A stretch of 63,441 nt of DNA, the filler included, from Ministeria vibrans ATCC 50519 (Eukaryota > Protista > Filasterea), in the NCBI GenBank assembly GCA_943704425.1. It is 8 parts of 8 records of this genome, joined end to end, with 100 filler letters (N's around TTAATTAATTAA, not from the genome) between each part and the next. Parts side by side here need not be neighbours in the genome. Positions count along the whole stretch, not along the records: positions 1 to 28,718 come from CALSCP010001982.1; 7 more parts are not named here. One strand, given 5' to 3'. Both the position numbers and the translations under genes were made by a program. Shown here one piece after another: positions 1 through 17,107 of this stretch. Every line of letters begins with the position of its first letter. Position 1 is the stretch's first letter. The notes beneath the pieces were generated by a model. That model saw nothing but the letters and a program-made list of their open reading frames with translations. It did no database searches and was not told the origin of the DNA.

Positions 1-70
1 CCCCCCCCTCCCTCTTAATCGCCTTGTTTCTCCCTCCCTCTCTCACACGTCATCCCTCTCTCATGCGTAC

Positions 71-4559
<4,489 letters not shown>

Positions 4560-4628
4560 GGACAAATTGAGAAGAAAAAAAAGTGTGTGAAAGTAATGAA
4601 TAATAATTATAATCATTATTTAGTTTAT

Positions 4629-5924
4629 TCACCGCCTCGATTGGGCCATTCGGGCGTCTCTTTCGCGCTCCCATTCGTTCACTTGAGCTTGGTTAAGGAA
4701 CTTTTGCTTCTCTATGAAGCCATTCTTGTTGTGAAACTCAAGATCTTCGGCAATGCCTTCGCGGTTCTTGAACGCGTCCCAATCCAGATTCGATTTGGTA
4801 ATGGTACTCATCTTCTGCTTGCGTTCCATTGTGTTCAACAATGCATCCACTCCACCCGCATCTTTTCGCCTAATCAAAAACAGGCAGAGGGACAAACAAA
4901 AGTATCAACAACACACCCCATATCAAATTCTACACACTTTTGCTTTTCTTCGCGTCTCGCAGCTGACTTTGCGGCCGACGAATCCGCATCGACCACGTCG
5001 GTCACCCTACAAAAACACGGAAAACAACAATATTAGAAACTTTCATACTAATAATAATTATTAATTGTAAAAATTAATAATAAAAATAATATAAAAATAA
5101 TAATAATAATAATAATAATTAATAATAATTATTAATATTATTGAATGTGTGTCGTACGTGACTGTTTCGCCGGCAAAGTCATACTCACGTTTGACGACCA
5201 CTTTGCCCGCACTCTCGTCGCCCGTCTTCTTTTCGTTCGCAAGGATCTCTTGGGCGCTTTTGCTCTCCTTCAGCGAAGGAGGAAAGAACTGCAACAACAG
5301 TGGTGAGTGCGCAGCAAAGCCCATTGAATCATTCCGTCTCACTGCAAATGGCTTTTTCCCTTTTGACTTTTTCGCCGGCGCCTTCTTGATAACTTTACAC
5401 ATTTGAGCCAAAGAGAGGTTTGCCTGCAACGAATCATGAGTCGCGCAGAGTCAAAGATGGCATCAAAATCAAACAGACCGGCGCGGTGGATTTGCTGCTG
5501 GCGTCCTCCTGTGGCGCGGGCGGCGACGGCTGTGGCGCGACAGGGGCCGTGTTGGGCGCGACAGGGGCGGCCGTGTCGGTCGTTGTGGTTGCAGAGCGCT
5601 CTGAGGGCTCCTTTGGCGGCGGTGCGCTGTCGTCTTCGTCGTCGGTCAACGCAATTCCCCCGGCACGCCTGCAACCATCCCACGCATCAGCCCGTGCCGG
5701 CGCACTCCTTGCTATCAAGACACTCACCTTCTTTGGCGCTTCTTGGCTGGTGCTTTCCGGCGCGTAGTCGCACGCCGTTTCTTACTGCGACTGTCACTGT
5801 CACTCTCACTACGGCTATCGCTCTGGCTCTGGTCTGCCGCGTCTTCATTGTACGACTTGGGATCTGCCCCTGGCACGTAGTCGTTGTCGTCCGAATCGGA
5901 CGTGTCGCCCCCAGATGAAGACAT
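4629..5924 (-). CDS. CFDP1: BCNT-C domain protein (CFDP1/Swc5, SWR1/SRCAP complex)
   Basis: Acidic N-terminus SDSDDNDYVP, internal REYDFAGETV, and C-terminal KMSTITKSNLDWDAFKNREGIAEDLEFHNKNGFIEKQKFL, matching the BCNT-C motif. Confidence 0.9.
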
Positions 5925-6172
5925 GAAATTTGTGTATTAAATATTTGGAATCAGATCAAATCTAAAATGCACAATAATTCCAATATTCATTCTCTTATTT
6001 CTCTATTTCTTTATAATTAGAATATTTTTTTAAAAAAATTGTGCATTACATATCAACCAAGGTGCGCATCAAAATTATCGAGTGTGATCTCAGTCTCTCT
6101 CTCCCTCCTCCTCTTCCTGCTCCTCCTCCTCTCCCTCCTTTCCCTCTCCCTCTTCCTCTCCCCAAACTTGGC

Positions 6173-9100
6173 TCAGTGCTCCGAGAGAAGAAACGACGGT
6201 CCTGCGGCGTTGGGCGTGGGTGACGCTGACTTCTCGGCGCGCTTCACATCAATGCTCTTTCGGCGTGGCGGCAGTGTCTTCGCTAGATCCTCCTCGAGAT
6301 CAAGCAACGACGCGGCCGACGTGCGAGGCGTAATGCGTGCAATGGAGCCGCGGTGCTGGGGCGCCTCGCTGCCCTTGTTGGGTGCCTGCACACAAATGGT
6401 GGGCGAGTCGATCGACGTGTCGACCAACGACGTATCCACATCGGTGCGCACATGCAAGGCAACGGAACGCCCCACCGTCTCAACCGCTGCACACTCGTCT
6501 TCGGACGACAGACTCGACCCGTCCAGATCATCGTCGTCATCCAGATCATCGTCGCTGTGCTCGCCTGCCGCAACAGCCAGTCGCAGCTTCTCCTGTACCG
6601 CCGGGTCCTTCTCCGCCTGCTCCTCCATAATCTTAAACTCGGCATAGTTGGTCCGAAGTGACTCGGTAATGTCCGCCGTGTCCGTCAGCAGCGTTGCGAG
6701 ACAGTCAAACAGCGGTCGCGCCATAAAATCGATGAAGTTGCACGTTGTCTTGGCTGCATTAGTCTTCTCGCGGTCCATAAACGGTGCCACAGCGTGTCCC
6801 AACTTCTTTTCCATGTCCCCCTGCACAAGCGAATAATATCATACGTGAGACACCATAATTATATAATTTACTATAATTATAACTATAATTATATTATAAT
6901 CATAATGTATACATACATATATATTCACTCGCTCTCACACGAAAACAATGTGTGGCTTTTACCTGACTGAAAAACTCTCGACCAAGCTTGATGGACCACT
7001 CGTAAGCAATGGGAAATGGCTTGCACACATTGCTGATGTCGCTGCACTTGATGAGCACCTGTTGTAGCAGTTCGCGGTCCTGCTTGTTCTTGTGGTCAAA
7101 CTGCGTCTTCACGCGCCCTTCAAATTTGGCCAGCACCTGACAATCACGAAGAAGGGGAACGATAAACGAAAATTAGAAATTAATTAATCATAAAAATAAT
7201 AATAAGAATAGAGACGACAAAAGGAGACCACAACACAAATACAAAATTAATGTGGAACAATGCACACCTCAAAGTGATGGGCCATGTCGGTGGCCAGAAT
7301 ACTGGCAATGATGACAGCACGCGTCTCCCGGTACTCCTCGTCCGTCAGGTTGGCAAGAACGTTGTTGTCGCTCTCCTGCAGTGTGAGGAACGTCGTCACT
7401 GCGTGGTGGTTCTCAAGCACAGACTACATAGAAACACGAGAGGAGGGAGAGAGAAACAAACAAAGTGATAGAGAGGAGAAAGAAACAAAGTGATAGAGGA
7501 GAAAGAGACAAAGTGATAGAGAGAGATACGGTGTCAAATAGTCGTTTTTCTTCGCTTCTCTTCTCTTCTCTTTCAACGGTACTTTGTCGTTGTGGAGCAA
7601 CGCCAATTTCGTCTTGTTGTTAATCTCAAATGCATTGTTCGTTCCCGGATGGTCCACGTCTGAAAAGGTGAACCGCACATTCAACACCAACGTTTCGTGC
7701 GATTCCTTGCATTACCGTGACACAGTGCTGCAATGAGCATGGCAAGCAGCTCAACCGAACTGAACATGGAGCCGGCGTTGGAGCGATTGAGGAGCGTGTG
7801 AAGGGTTTGGAGGACGTCAAACCCGTGTTTAAAGTTATGGTAGGGGTTGCGGCGGTAGCGGGCACGGATGGCGCGTGACAGCGACGAGAGACGGTCGGGA
7901 TGGATGGAGAAGCGCTGAAGCAAATTGTACGATGCAAAAATGTCGTGAATGAGCGGAATGAGTTGCGGTTCAGTGTAGGCAAAGGGTGAGAAAGAGAGCG
8001 ACGCCAGATCCTGGTCAAGCGACGCGCACGACACGGCACTGCTACCAGCGCCACTGCTCGCACTACGACTGGCAACCCTGTGCGCCACTGATCCTGTTGT
8101 AGACCGAGAAGTCGCGACTGCCCCTACCCCACAATTGCTCAGACTGCTGTTGCTGCTGTTGCTGCTCGCCCCTGCCGACGGTAATTTCATATGTCCCGTT
8201 GTCGATCGACTTCGCTCCGCTCTCGGAGAGCCTACACCACCAAACAAAAATGCAATAATAAATCAATATTATTAAGTATTTTATTTTCGTATTGTGTAGT
8301 AACGTGTTGCTTACGTTGCGGTCGACGGACGGATCGACGTATATGACTCTTGGCGGGAGTAGACGTGCCGTTGAAAGCGTGCTCGGCCATGAGCCACGAG
8401 CGTGTCACCGAATCAAACTGTGACTCGTCCTGCTTCACCTGATACAAATTGCCCCGCGACAGTGCATCCAAGACTGTCGTCAACTCGTCGCGCAACGCTC
8501 GATCCAGTTGATCGTCGGCCACTAGCGACTGCAACTTGCTTGTCACACTCTGAATGGGTGTCTCCACCGACTTGGAGGCATGGTGTCCCACGAGCGACAG
8601 TCCGCCCTTCCCGGCACGCTGCAATCGAGCCCGCAGCGTCGTCAGACTCCGCGCCTGTTCGCTGTTGGCTGCCCGTTGTTGTGCCAGCTCAATTTCAAGT
8701 CGCCCAGCGTGCGCACGCAAAGCCTGCCAAACATTCATCATTAAAAGAAGAAGAATAATAATAAAATAAGAAGAAGAATACAAAATATTAAAAGTAGAAG
8801 AGACGAAAATAAAAAAAAATAAGAGTAATAATTAATACGAAAAAATAACGTTAAAGTATTACCGTGATCTCCTTGGCAATGTCACTGCTGCTCGAGCGAC
8901 CGGAGCGCGCCGGCGGATTCACAAACCACACGTCCAAGAGGATCTCCTTGAGCTTCGCCCACAGCTTCTGCTCGTCGACCGGTTCCTTCAGCAGCTCTAC
9001 AGCGATGCAAGTTCGCGTGAGAATTAATCAGAAACAACTCAATGCAAGGTTGAGATNNNNNNNNNNCAGTGTTACCCCCTTTCTATCGTCCTTCCTCTCG

Positions 9101-9659
9101 TCCGTCTCGACTTCGCTGCTCACGTTCCCCAATGGTCAGAGAGAAGAATGGCAAGAGAAAGTCACCAATAAGGGGCAATGTGCGAAGCGAGTCGATGTCG
9201 CGGATGGCGGTGGCGAGGGCGCGGGCTGCGGGCGGCGAGTGGGCGGGCGATCGTGACGAAGACTTCTTCGACGCAAACGTCACAGCCAGGTCGGTCGGGA
9301 CCGTCGCATCGGCACTGCACACCACCAGGTCCCATGGGGGCTGTCGCGACGCCACAAGCGCCTTGAGCAGCGTCGTCGTGTCCGGGACGATCTCAACTAA
9401 ACACAGAGAACCCAAAAACGCGTTGAGTGAGTGAGTCAGCAAGCGGGCTGCCAAACGCAACGCCGCTCGTCTCATCGACGCTACTGCTCGCACCACCCGC
9501 AGTGAAGGTGGAGCAGGTGGCGGGCGGGCCTGTTGTTGTTTTCTTGACGACTGTACCTTTATAGATTGATAACGCCCTCTGCAGCGTCTCCCCATAGCTC
9601 GATGGGTTGACCACAATGGCAATTGAGTTCTTGATCCCACATGCCGTCTCGCCTGACAT
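6173..9659 (-). CDS. Class I 3',5'-cyclic nucleotide phosphodiesterase with N-terminal receiver-like domain and coiled coil
   Basis: Catalytic motifs NPYHNFKHGFDV, ALCH|DVDHPGTNN, VLENHH, ILATDMAHHF, IKCSDISN and EFFSQ|GDMEK...FIDF. N-terminal exons resemble a REC fold. A small N gap lies at 9057-9067. Confidence 0.9.
7452..7526. repeat. AACAAAGTGATAGAG minisatellite in a PDE intron
   Basis: Three ~23-bp units. The same motif recurs in NXF1, ELMO and TOM1-like introns. Confidence 0.85.
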
Positions 9660-10238
9660 TTCGATAGCGAGAGGCCAGAGATTAAAATTTAACATTTTGA
9701 ATATTTTATATTCTTCAATTTTGCAATTTTTTCGAGTGTGTTTTGAGTTTCGATGCCGTTCTCCCGGCCAAAAGAGCTTAGGACTGACCTTCAACATCAG
9801 ACGTCGCGAGAAGACGAAATGCGAAAGGCGCTCGGCTTCGGTACACCAATCAGTGTCAAGTTGCATCCCATTGCATCTGTGTTTCGCCCCATTCTCTGCA
9901 AGCCCCATGCACGATCGACCGTCACTGCCAATAAAACACATTGCTGCACTGTCTCAAGTACCCCCCTTGCCCCCGACACATCTCTCTTCTGTTTGAAACA
10001 CACTTGAAACACCCAAAATTGAACATCATTCTCCTCTCATTGAACTCTCAGTCTCTCCTCCCTTCAAAGTTCATCATGATGTCCTCGTTCGACACTACAC
10101 TCTCTTGCACGTGACATGCATGCCTTCTCTTTCTACCGCTCATTAATGCATTGCCTGTCGTTTCACGTCATTTTCCAAAAAAAAAATACGAAAATTCCAT
10201 GACGTAAACGTTTTCTTCTCACCTTCCCCTCAATGCAG

Positions 10239-12891
10239 ACGACGACGACGTGGGTGACGTGTCGGACAGCGACGACGAGATGTGTTCAGGTGGTCACGGA
10301 GGGAATGCGCGAGGGGGCGGCGTGCCTACGGTTCCACTGGCGCAACTGAACGCTACGAAGGAGCTGCTGGAGAAGGAGCAACTGCGGCGAAAGGAGGCCA
10401 TTCGCCACGCTCAGGTGCCTTTTCACGGTCCACCGTGCCCCGTGGACGTTGATCATGACACAACACTCACACATGATGATGATGATGTACGATCTTCTTC
10501 TTTCTGCAGGAATGGGAGACGAAGGCAACGAAGATGCAGACGCTCGTCAAGACCGTACAGCGCAACAGCAAGACGCAGCTCAAGATTCTCCAGGGTACTT
10601 TTCAGCAGCAATTGGAGGACAAAGATCAAATGATTGGGCACCTCACATCGCTGGTGAACGAAATCGGGCGCGACGATCAAGACGACAACGACGACGACGA
10701 CGACGCTGCCGGCGCCGGGCGCACCAAGGCTCTCTCTGACATTGCCAAGGGCGCCTCGGACGGCATCATGAGCATGGTGCAGGCACTTGAAGCAGCGCAA
10801 CGTGACAAGCGCACGCTCTCCGAGCAACTTGCTCACGCCAAGGGTGCAACAAGCAACGAGCGCGACGACGCGCTGGGCGAGATTGAGGACCTGCGAACCC
10901 AACTGCAACAGGCACGCGAACAACTTCAGTCAGCGACCATCGTCGCCTCGCCACAGCGAGGCACCTCTACTTCGCGCACCAACACACCCCTTCGTGGTGC
11001 AGCAGGCGCGGAAGATCAGTCGTCGACGACGTCGCCCATGAATGGCAAGGTGGTCTACGAGGCTCCGCCCGAGCTGCTCAAGTCACATGCCATTGAACAC
11101 GAACGGCTGCGCACACAGCGGCGCGACGCCGAAGACAAACTGAGAGAGCTCGAACGCAGCAGCGAACGTCAACGACGCGACACGGACGCGCAAATGCGCA
11201 AATTGGAGCGCGAGCTGGAAGCGGCGCGCGCCGCATCCAAGGCGGCAGCGACCACCGTGCAGAGCAGTCTGGCGGTTGACACCGAGAAAATATCGCAACT
11301 GGTGCGCGAACTGTCGTCGAGCGAGAGTCAAGTGACGCGTCTTAAGCAACAGTTGCGTACCAGCGAGGGCAGGGTGAGCGCCGGTGAGAAGGAACTGGCG
11401 GCGCGACAGACGACAGTTGAGCAATTGCGTCGCGAAATGGCACAGCTGGAGAAGAAGGCACTAGAGAGTGGTCCAGCGGCGGCAAAGGAGGCGGCGGAGG
11501 CGGCGAAACGCACCGCGCAGACCGAGATCGACGCACTCGCTGGGAAACTACGCGATGCTCACAAAGAGGTGGAAGCAAAGAGCAAGAACGTGGACGAGCT
11601 GAGCGCACAAGTGGAGAGTGTGCAGAGTGCGCTGAAGCGAGCGGAAAAGAACGCATCCGAGAGTCAGGGACAGGTGGCATCGAGCGAAAAGGAACGCAGT
11701 GCCATGGCGACACGACATGCCAGCGAGTTGAAGCAACTCGAGCAAGAGAGTGCACGTGTGCGCAGCGAGCTCGAGCGAGATCTGCGTGAGACAGAGACGC
11801 GTCTGAATGCGCGAGTCAAAGGTTCCGAGAGTGCCATGCAGGCGCTCAAGCGCAGTGTGGCGAATGTGCAGCGACCATGGGAGGCTGTGCGTGGCGGCTA
11901 TGGAACGCTGCGCGACGACGTGGTAGGGCTGCGGCGCATGATGCAGAGCGAAATTGACGACGCAAAGATGATGTTGTCGGTGGCGGTGACAGAGATGGAC
12001 TCGCTCAACAAACTGCTCGTGCTCAAGTACCGCAAAGAAATGCAGCAACGCAAGCGCTACCACAACGAACTGGTTGAGCTCAAGGGCAACATCCGCGTGT
12101 TCTGTCGCGTGCGGCCGCGCGTCAAGAGTGACGGAGACACGCCCTTTGTCGTGAGCCTTGACGAGATGGACGACACCAAGATGACGGTGCAGAGCAAGGG
12201 ACTGCCCAAGCAGTTTGAGATGGATCGCGTGTTTGGTCCGCATTCGCAGCAGACGGATGTCTTCAAGGAGGTTCGCGAGCTTGTCATCTCCTGTGTCGAC
12301 GGGTACAATACTATATTTCTTTCGAGAATTATCATTTGATTTGGGTGGGGGTCCGTGTGTTTTGGCTTGCAATGTGTATGCAGCTAGAGAGTGTATTTTT
12401 CATCTCTTTTTGCTATTTCATTTTGTAGATACAATGTGTGCATCTTTGCGTACGGACAAACAGGGTACGCACAAGATAAAAAGTCTGCATTAAGTTGTAC
12501 CCAATTTGATTTACTGTGCTCTTCCTGTGCTCGCGTGTACGTAGGTCTGGTAAAACGCACACAATGGAAGGGCCCGACAGCGACCCGGGAATCAATAAGC
12601 GGGCACTCGAGGCGCTGTTTGAGCTGGCAGCCGAACGCAAGGGCGACTTTGACTTTGCGATCAGTGTGTCCATGGTCGAAATTTACAACGAGCAGGTATG
12701 CGGATGTCTTTCGCTGTCTGTACATTACTGGTGTATTTAAATTTTCCATTTCAATGAGAAGGTGCGTGATCTGATGCAATCAGGCTCAAAGAATCTCGAC
12801 ATCAAACAAGGACCAGAGGTATGTATAAAATATTATATAATAATACTACTAATGAAATATAAGACGCATTAAAGTTATTATTGTTATTGTA

Positions 12892-12948
<57 letters not shown>

Positions 12949-13791
12949 GTTAACTTTTAATTATTACATGGATGAGATTCTGATTTTACGCCTTATCCTA
13001 CTTTGTTGTCGTCAGGGAAACCACGTGCCCGGTCTGACGCTGTCGGCTGTCGCAACAGCTGACGATGTGCGAAGAGTGTTTGTGACGGGCCACAAGAACC
13101 GCGCCGTTGCATCGACCAACATGAACGAGCACAGTTCCCGCTCTCACTCTGTCCTCAGCATTTATGTCTCTGCGACAAACAAAGAGAATGGACAAGTCAC
13201 AAAGGGTATGACTTTTTTTTTTCTTGAAAATATGTCAATATGATTCAGTTTATATTAAATAATTATTGTTGTTATTAATTATTACGTATTATTAATTATT
13301 CATCATTTTCTCGATAGGAAAACTGAACATGGTTGACCTGGCGGGAAGCGAGCGGGTGAACAAAAGCGAAGCGCAGGGGGATCGGCTGAAGGAGACGCAA
13401 AATATCAACAAATCACTGTCGTCGCTGGGTGATGTCATCCACTCGCTGATCAACAAGCGCGCTCACGTGCCCTACCGCAACTCAAAGCTTACTTATCTCC
13501 TTCAGGACTCACTTGGTCAGTTTCAGTCTTTCCCATCAGCATACATCACCTCTCATGCGTAAAACCCCTCTTTTCATATTTTGCTCCCTAGGTGGCGACT
13601 CGAAAACGCTGATGATTGTGCAGGTGAGTCCGGCCGAGTACAATGGGCCCGAGACGCTGTGTTCGCTCAATTTTGCCTCGCGTGTGCGATCGGTGGAACT
13701 GGGAATGGCCACGAAGAAGAACGAGAGTGCCGAGGTGGCGCAGCTCAAGGCGAGAGTCAAGGAACTCGAGACGGCCGCCAAACGAAGATGA
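10239..13791 (+). CDS. Kinesin-14 (C-terminal motor, KIFC3-like); true start codon not located
   Basis: Long coiled coil, then [23 protein letters not shown] neck, P-loop YGQTG|[47 protein letters not shown]. Confidence 0.95.
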
Positions 13792-13854
13792 GAACAAATT
13801 GAACCTTATTTTGCTATTATACTATTACGTCTTTATAAATTTTATTAATGATAA

Positions 13855-14120
13855 CGCCACCACACACACACACACAAAAAAACGCCAGACCGCCTTGTAA
13901 ACTCAGTTAAAACCTTCGTAACATGAAAAGTGGCAGATTCGATATGCATGTATCGAGAGACAATTGCGATTTTTGTAAGCCATACCGCTACCCACTTGCA
14001 AGGAGAATGAAGCTTTTAAATATTCATTAATTAATCATGAAGATGTCAGTCGGCAGGCCAACTTGGGAGGATAAAGGCAAAACCGTCGATGTTGTCGAAG
14101 CAGTCCGGTCGAACATGCAG
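13855..14120. repeat. Dispersed degenerate repeat, copy D (family also at ~30667, ~31699, ~32298)
   Basis: CCAGACCGCCTTGTAAACTCA...GTAACATG...GCCATACC aligns by eye with the 32298 copy (CCAGACCGCCTTGCAAACTCA...GTAACATG...GCCATACC). Confidence 0.7.
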
Positions 14121-14281
14121 GAGCATTGCGGATTGACCCCATATGGGAATATTCATTTTCAAAAATAATATTTTCACTTCATTTATTCTATCGTCGTCTT
14201 TTTTATTCAGACACCTTCCTATCTAGTAGACATCGAACTTTTCTGCTCCAGTCTTGCGTTTTTTGGCTTCTTCCGTTTGAT

Positions 14282-15262
14282 ATGGCTGATTTCGTGGAAG
14301 CTCAACGTTTTCATCATCAACAGACTCGACTGGCACTGCAGCAACGCTTTGTGCCGTACCTTCGCATCTGGAACACCTGCTATATTCGTGCACAACGACG
14401 TGTCTACCTCCGTGAGGTGTCCGTCTTGCAGCCGCAGCTCAGCGACAGGAAGATCAGTCAAGTGCCACGCACTCGTCCGCCGTCTTCCACGCGTCACATC
14501 GACCCCAACACACAGCTGCAACAGAACCAACTCCCACAGTTGCAACACCTTCACTCTCTTGCATCCACCCCAGCCTTCTTTAGCAACATACCCGACAGCT
14601 GGCTCATCAACAATGCGAAAATCGAAAAACGCGCGCAATTAATTATTCCTAATAATTTATTCGCTCAACCTCTCTGTTGCTCGTCGGGCTGTAACGAGAT
14701 TGCCACCATGATCAACTTTCCTTGCAAACATGTTGTCTACTGCAAGTCCTGTAGCCAGGAGCGCCGGTCTTTGTGCGGCGTGTGTTTTGGCGGAGTTGAC
14801 AGCGAAATTACAGACCTTATCTCAGAGCGACACGAACCCCCGGTGCGCGAGTGCACTATCTGTCGCGACACAATGCTCTCAACGAACATGGTACGTGTAA
14901 GTACCACGTGCCACCATGAGTTTTGTCGCGTGTGCCTTGCCCGCCTTGCGCTCAACACCAAAAACACACAGACTGCTCGTTGTCCCGCACAACGATGTGC
15001 CTCCCTCCTGGATCAACGGTGTGTCGAAACACTCTGCGAGGCCGGACTTGTTCACTCTCATCTTGTCGATCGCTGGGCAACAATGCTGCGACCCAACGAC
15101 CAGACGCTGTTCTGTCCCTGGCCGCGCTGTTCCGCTCTCCTCGCTAAAGTACCACAATCCAGACGCACCCACACCTGTCCTGTGTGCTCCCAGCACATTT
15201 GCTCCATGTGCGAGGGGAAAGCCAATGGCGATGATGGCACATGTACATTTTGTAAATCTTGA
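14282..15262 (+). CDS. Intronless RING-HC + RING1 + IBR zinc-finger protein (RBR E3-ligase-like, no RING2)
   Basis: PCKHVVYCKSC...CGVC, then CTIC...CHHEFCRVC...CPAQRC, then FCPWPRC...CPVCSQHICSMC. The stop follows shortly after the IBR. Confidence 0.8.
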   Translation: MADFVEAQRFHHQQTRLALQQRFVPYLRIWNTCYIRAQRRVYLREVSVLQPQLSDRKISQVPRTRPPSSTRHIDPNTQLQQNQLPQLQHLHSLASTPAFFSNIPDSWLINNAKIEKRAQLIIPNNLFAQPLCCSSGCNEIATMINFPCKHVVYCKSCSQERRSLCGVCFGGVDSEITDLISERHEPPVRECTICRDTMLSTNMVRVSTTCHHEFCRVCLARLALNTKNTQTARCPAQRCASLLDQRCVETLCEAGLVHSHLVDRWATMLRPNDQTLFCPWPRCSALLAKVPQSRRTHTCPVCSQHICSMCEGKANGDDGTCTFCKS

Positions 15263-15500
15263 GTGAAAGTGACACAATCTGGGTTTTGCTTTTAATACTA
15301 ATAATAACTGTTTGCTTTTCGATCTATTTTCAAGCATACGCTTCAGGTGGAATTTGGCCCTGAGACTAAAAAAAAAAAAAAAAAAAAAAANNNNNNGACC
15401 CGGGATCTCTACTAAAAAGACTAAAGACGTAATATAAATAATTATAACTCTAATTATTTTTCAACTCCACAGTTGAGCGCACGTTGCACTGCAGTTGAAG

Positions 15501-17011
15501 ATGTCAGACTCGTCAGAATTCGAGTTGTACGCGCAACGGCATGAGGTCTACGACATCATGCAATCCATGATGCAGGTCACTTGAAAATCTCCATGGCAAC
15601 CACTCTTTCACTCCTCCTATGCTCAACCGCGAGTGAAATGCCACTGCGATAGTCTATAAATTCAACCAAATTCTCTCTCTTTCTCTATTATCTGTAGGAA
15701 CTTCTGAAAGAACGCCCAGGCGACCCGCTGACCTTTATGCAGCAATTTCTGTTGCGTCCATTGAACCGAATCTGCGCGGTCCTCCACGGCCTTCCTGCCA
15801 AAGAGCTCGCTCCTCTCGTAGGCAAACTGGAATGGGCACAGCCATTTCTCACGTATCCCATGCATGGATCACTCACACATCGCACTATTTCCTATATACA
15901 GGCTCAGCAAGTCAGTGATTCGTTGAATTTGGTCCATGTCAATGCCGAAACGCTTCTCCCTTTCAGGTCCGGCGCAGAAGCAACGCCTGGAACAGACGAA
16001 CTTGTGTGTCATCTTGTGAAGCAGCGAGTCGACGAAAGCGACGCACAAAAACGCGGATGGTTATTGACGTTTGGGTCGGTTTCCTTGACGCGCTCACTTT
16101 GTCTTGCTCTACAATCGTCGGGTGTTCTCCCGACCCACTTTGTCAGCCTGTCCAACGACAACGCCGACCACGAGTGTCACGAGAGCTTTCGTAGCGTTCT
16201 TCAACAAAGCAAACCCTCAGCGGAGGCGGTGCGCCAAGTTCTCTGTACGCGCGCGCCGTCCAAGGCGCCCCACTCTTTTCGTGTTGTCCTGTACGGCTCT
16301 CCTGGAAGTGGCCGGTCCACCATTGGCAAGTGGCTTGCCGACAAGTACAACCTCGTTTACGGTAGAATTATATCTACAACGCTCGACGACCAAAGTGAAA
16401 TCTACGCCTCAACTCCCTTTTCTTTCTTAGTCTCAAGTGGTCAGCTCATTCGACAGGCGGTGGCGTCGGACTCCGCAGCGTCAAGAGCATACGCAGAGTA
16501 CGTGAGTGAAGGACAGTTGATTCCAGATGAGGCAGCGAGCGAACTCGTGATCAAGCGGCTCGGACAGAGTGACGTTCGCGCGCGAGGGTTTGTGTTGGAT
16601 GGGTTTCCAGCGACGCAAGCACAGGCAGAGGCGCTTGAGAAGAGTGGATTGGGACCTTTGCGTGTAATTGAATTGTCACTGAGTGACGCAGAGGTCCTCG
16701 TGCGGCTTACGGAACGACGTCTGGACTCTAAAACTGGCAAAGAGTACCACGTGAGCCGTGCACCAGCACCATCGGAGAAGGTCGCGCGTCGCTTTGTGCA
16801 GCGACCGGGCGATAATGCACCGTACGTTCAAGAGCGACTCAGCCAACACCATCGGCATCGCACCGCCATCATAGACGGCACATACGGCGGAATGGCCGAG
16901 AAAAATGCCTCGGGACGAGTGCAGTGCGTCGCAGTCGAACACAGGAGCATCCTTGAGGCGTGTGAGGCCGTTGAGGCACTTCTGGTGCGGCCACTGCCCG
17001 TTTCCCACTAA
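15501..17011 (+). CDS. AK8: Adenylate kinase 8-like (two AK domains, ciliary type)
   Basis: N-terminal YAQRHEVYDIMQSMMQ|ELLKERPGDPLTFM, a degenerate first AK domain (RGWLL), and a second with GSPGSGRST, GFVLDGFP and RRLDSKTGKEYH. Confidence 0.8.
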
Positions 17012-17107
17012 AGAAGGGAGCAAGAGAAAAAGAAAACAGGACTTGTACAAGGAGGGAGAAGAGTAAAAAGAAGAAGATAAATAAAAGTGTTTAATTGAAA
17101 TGCCTGC

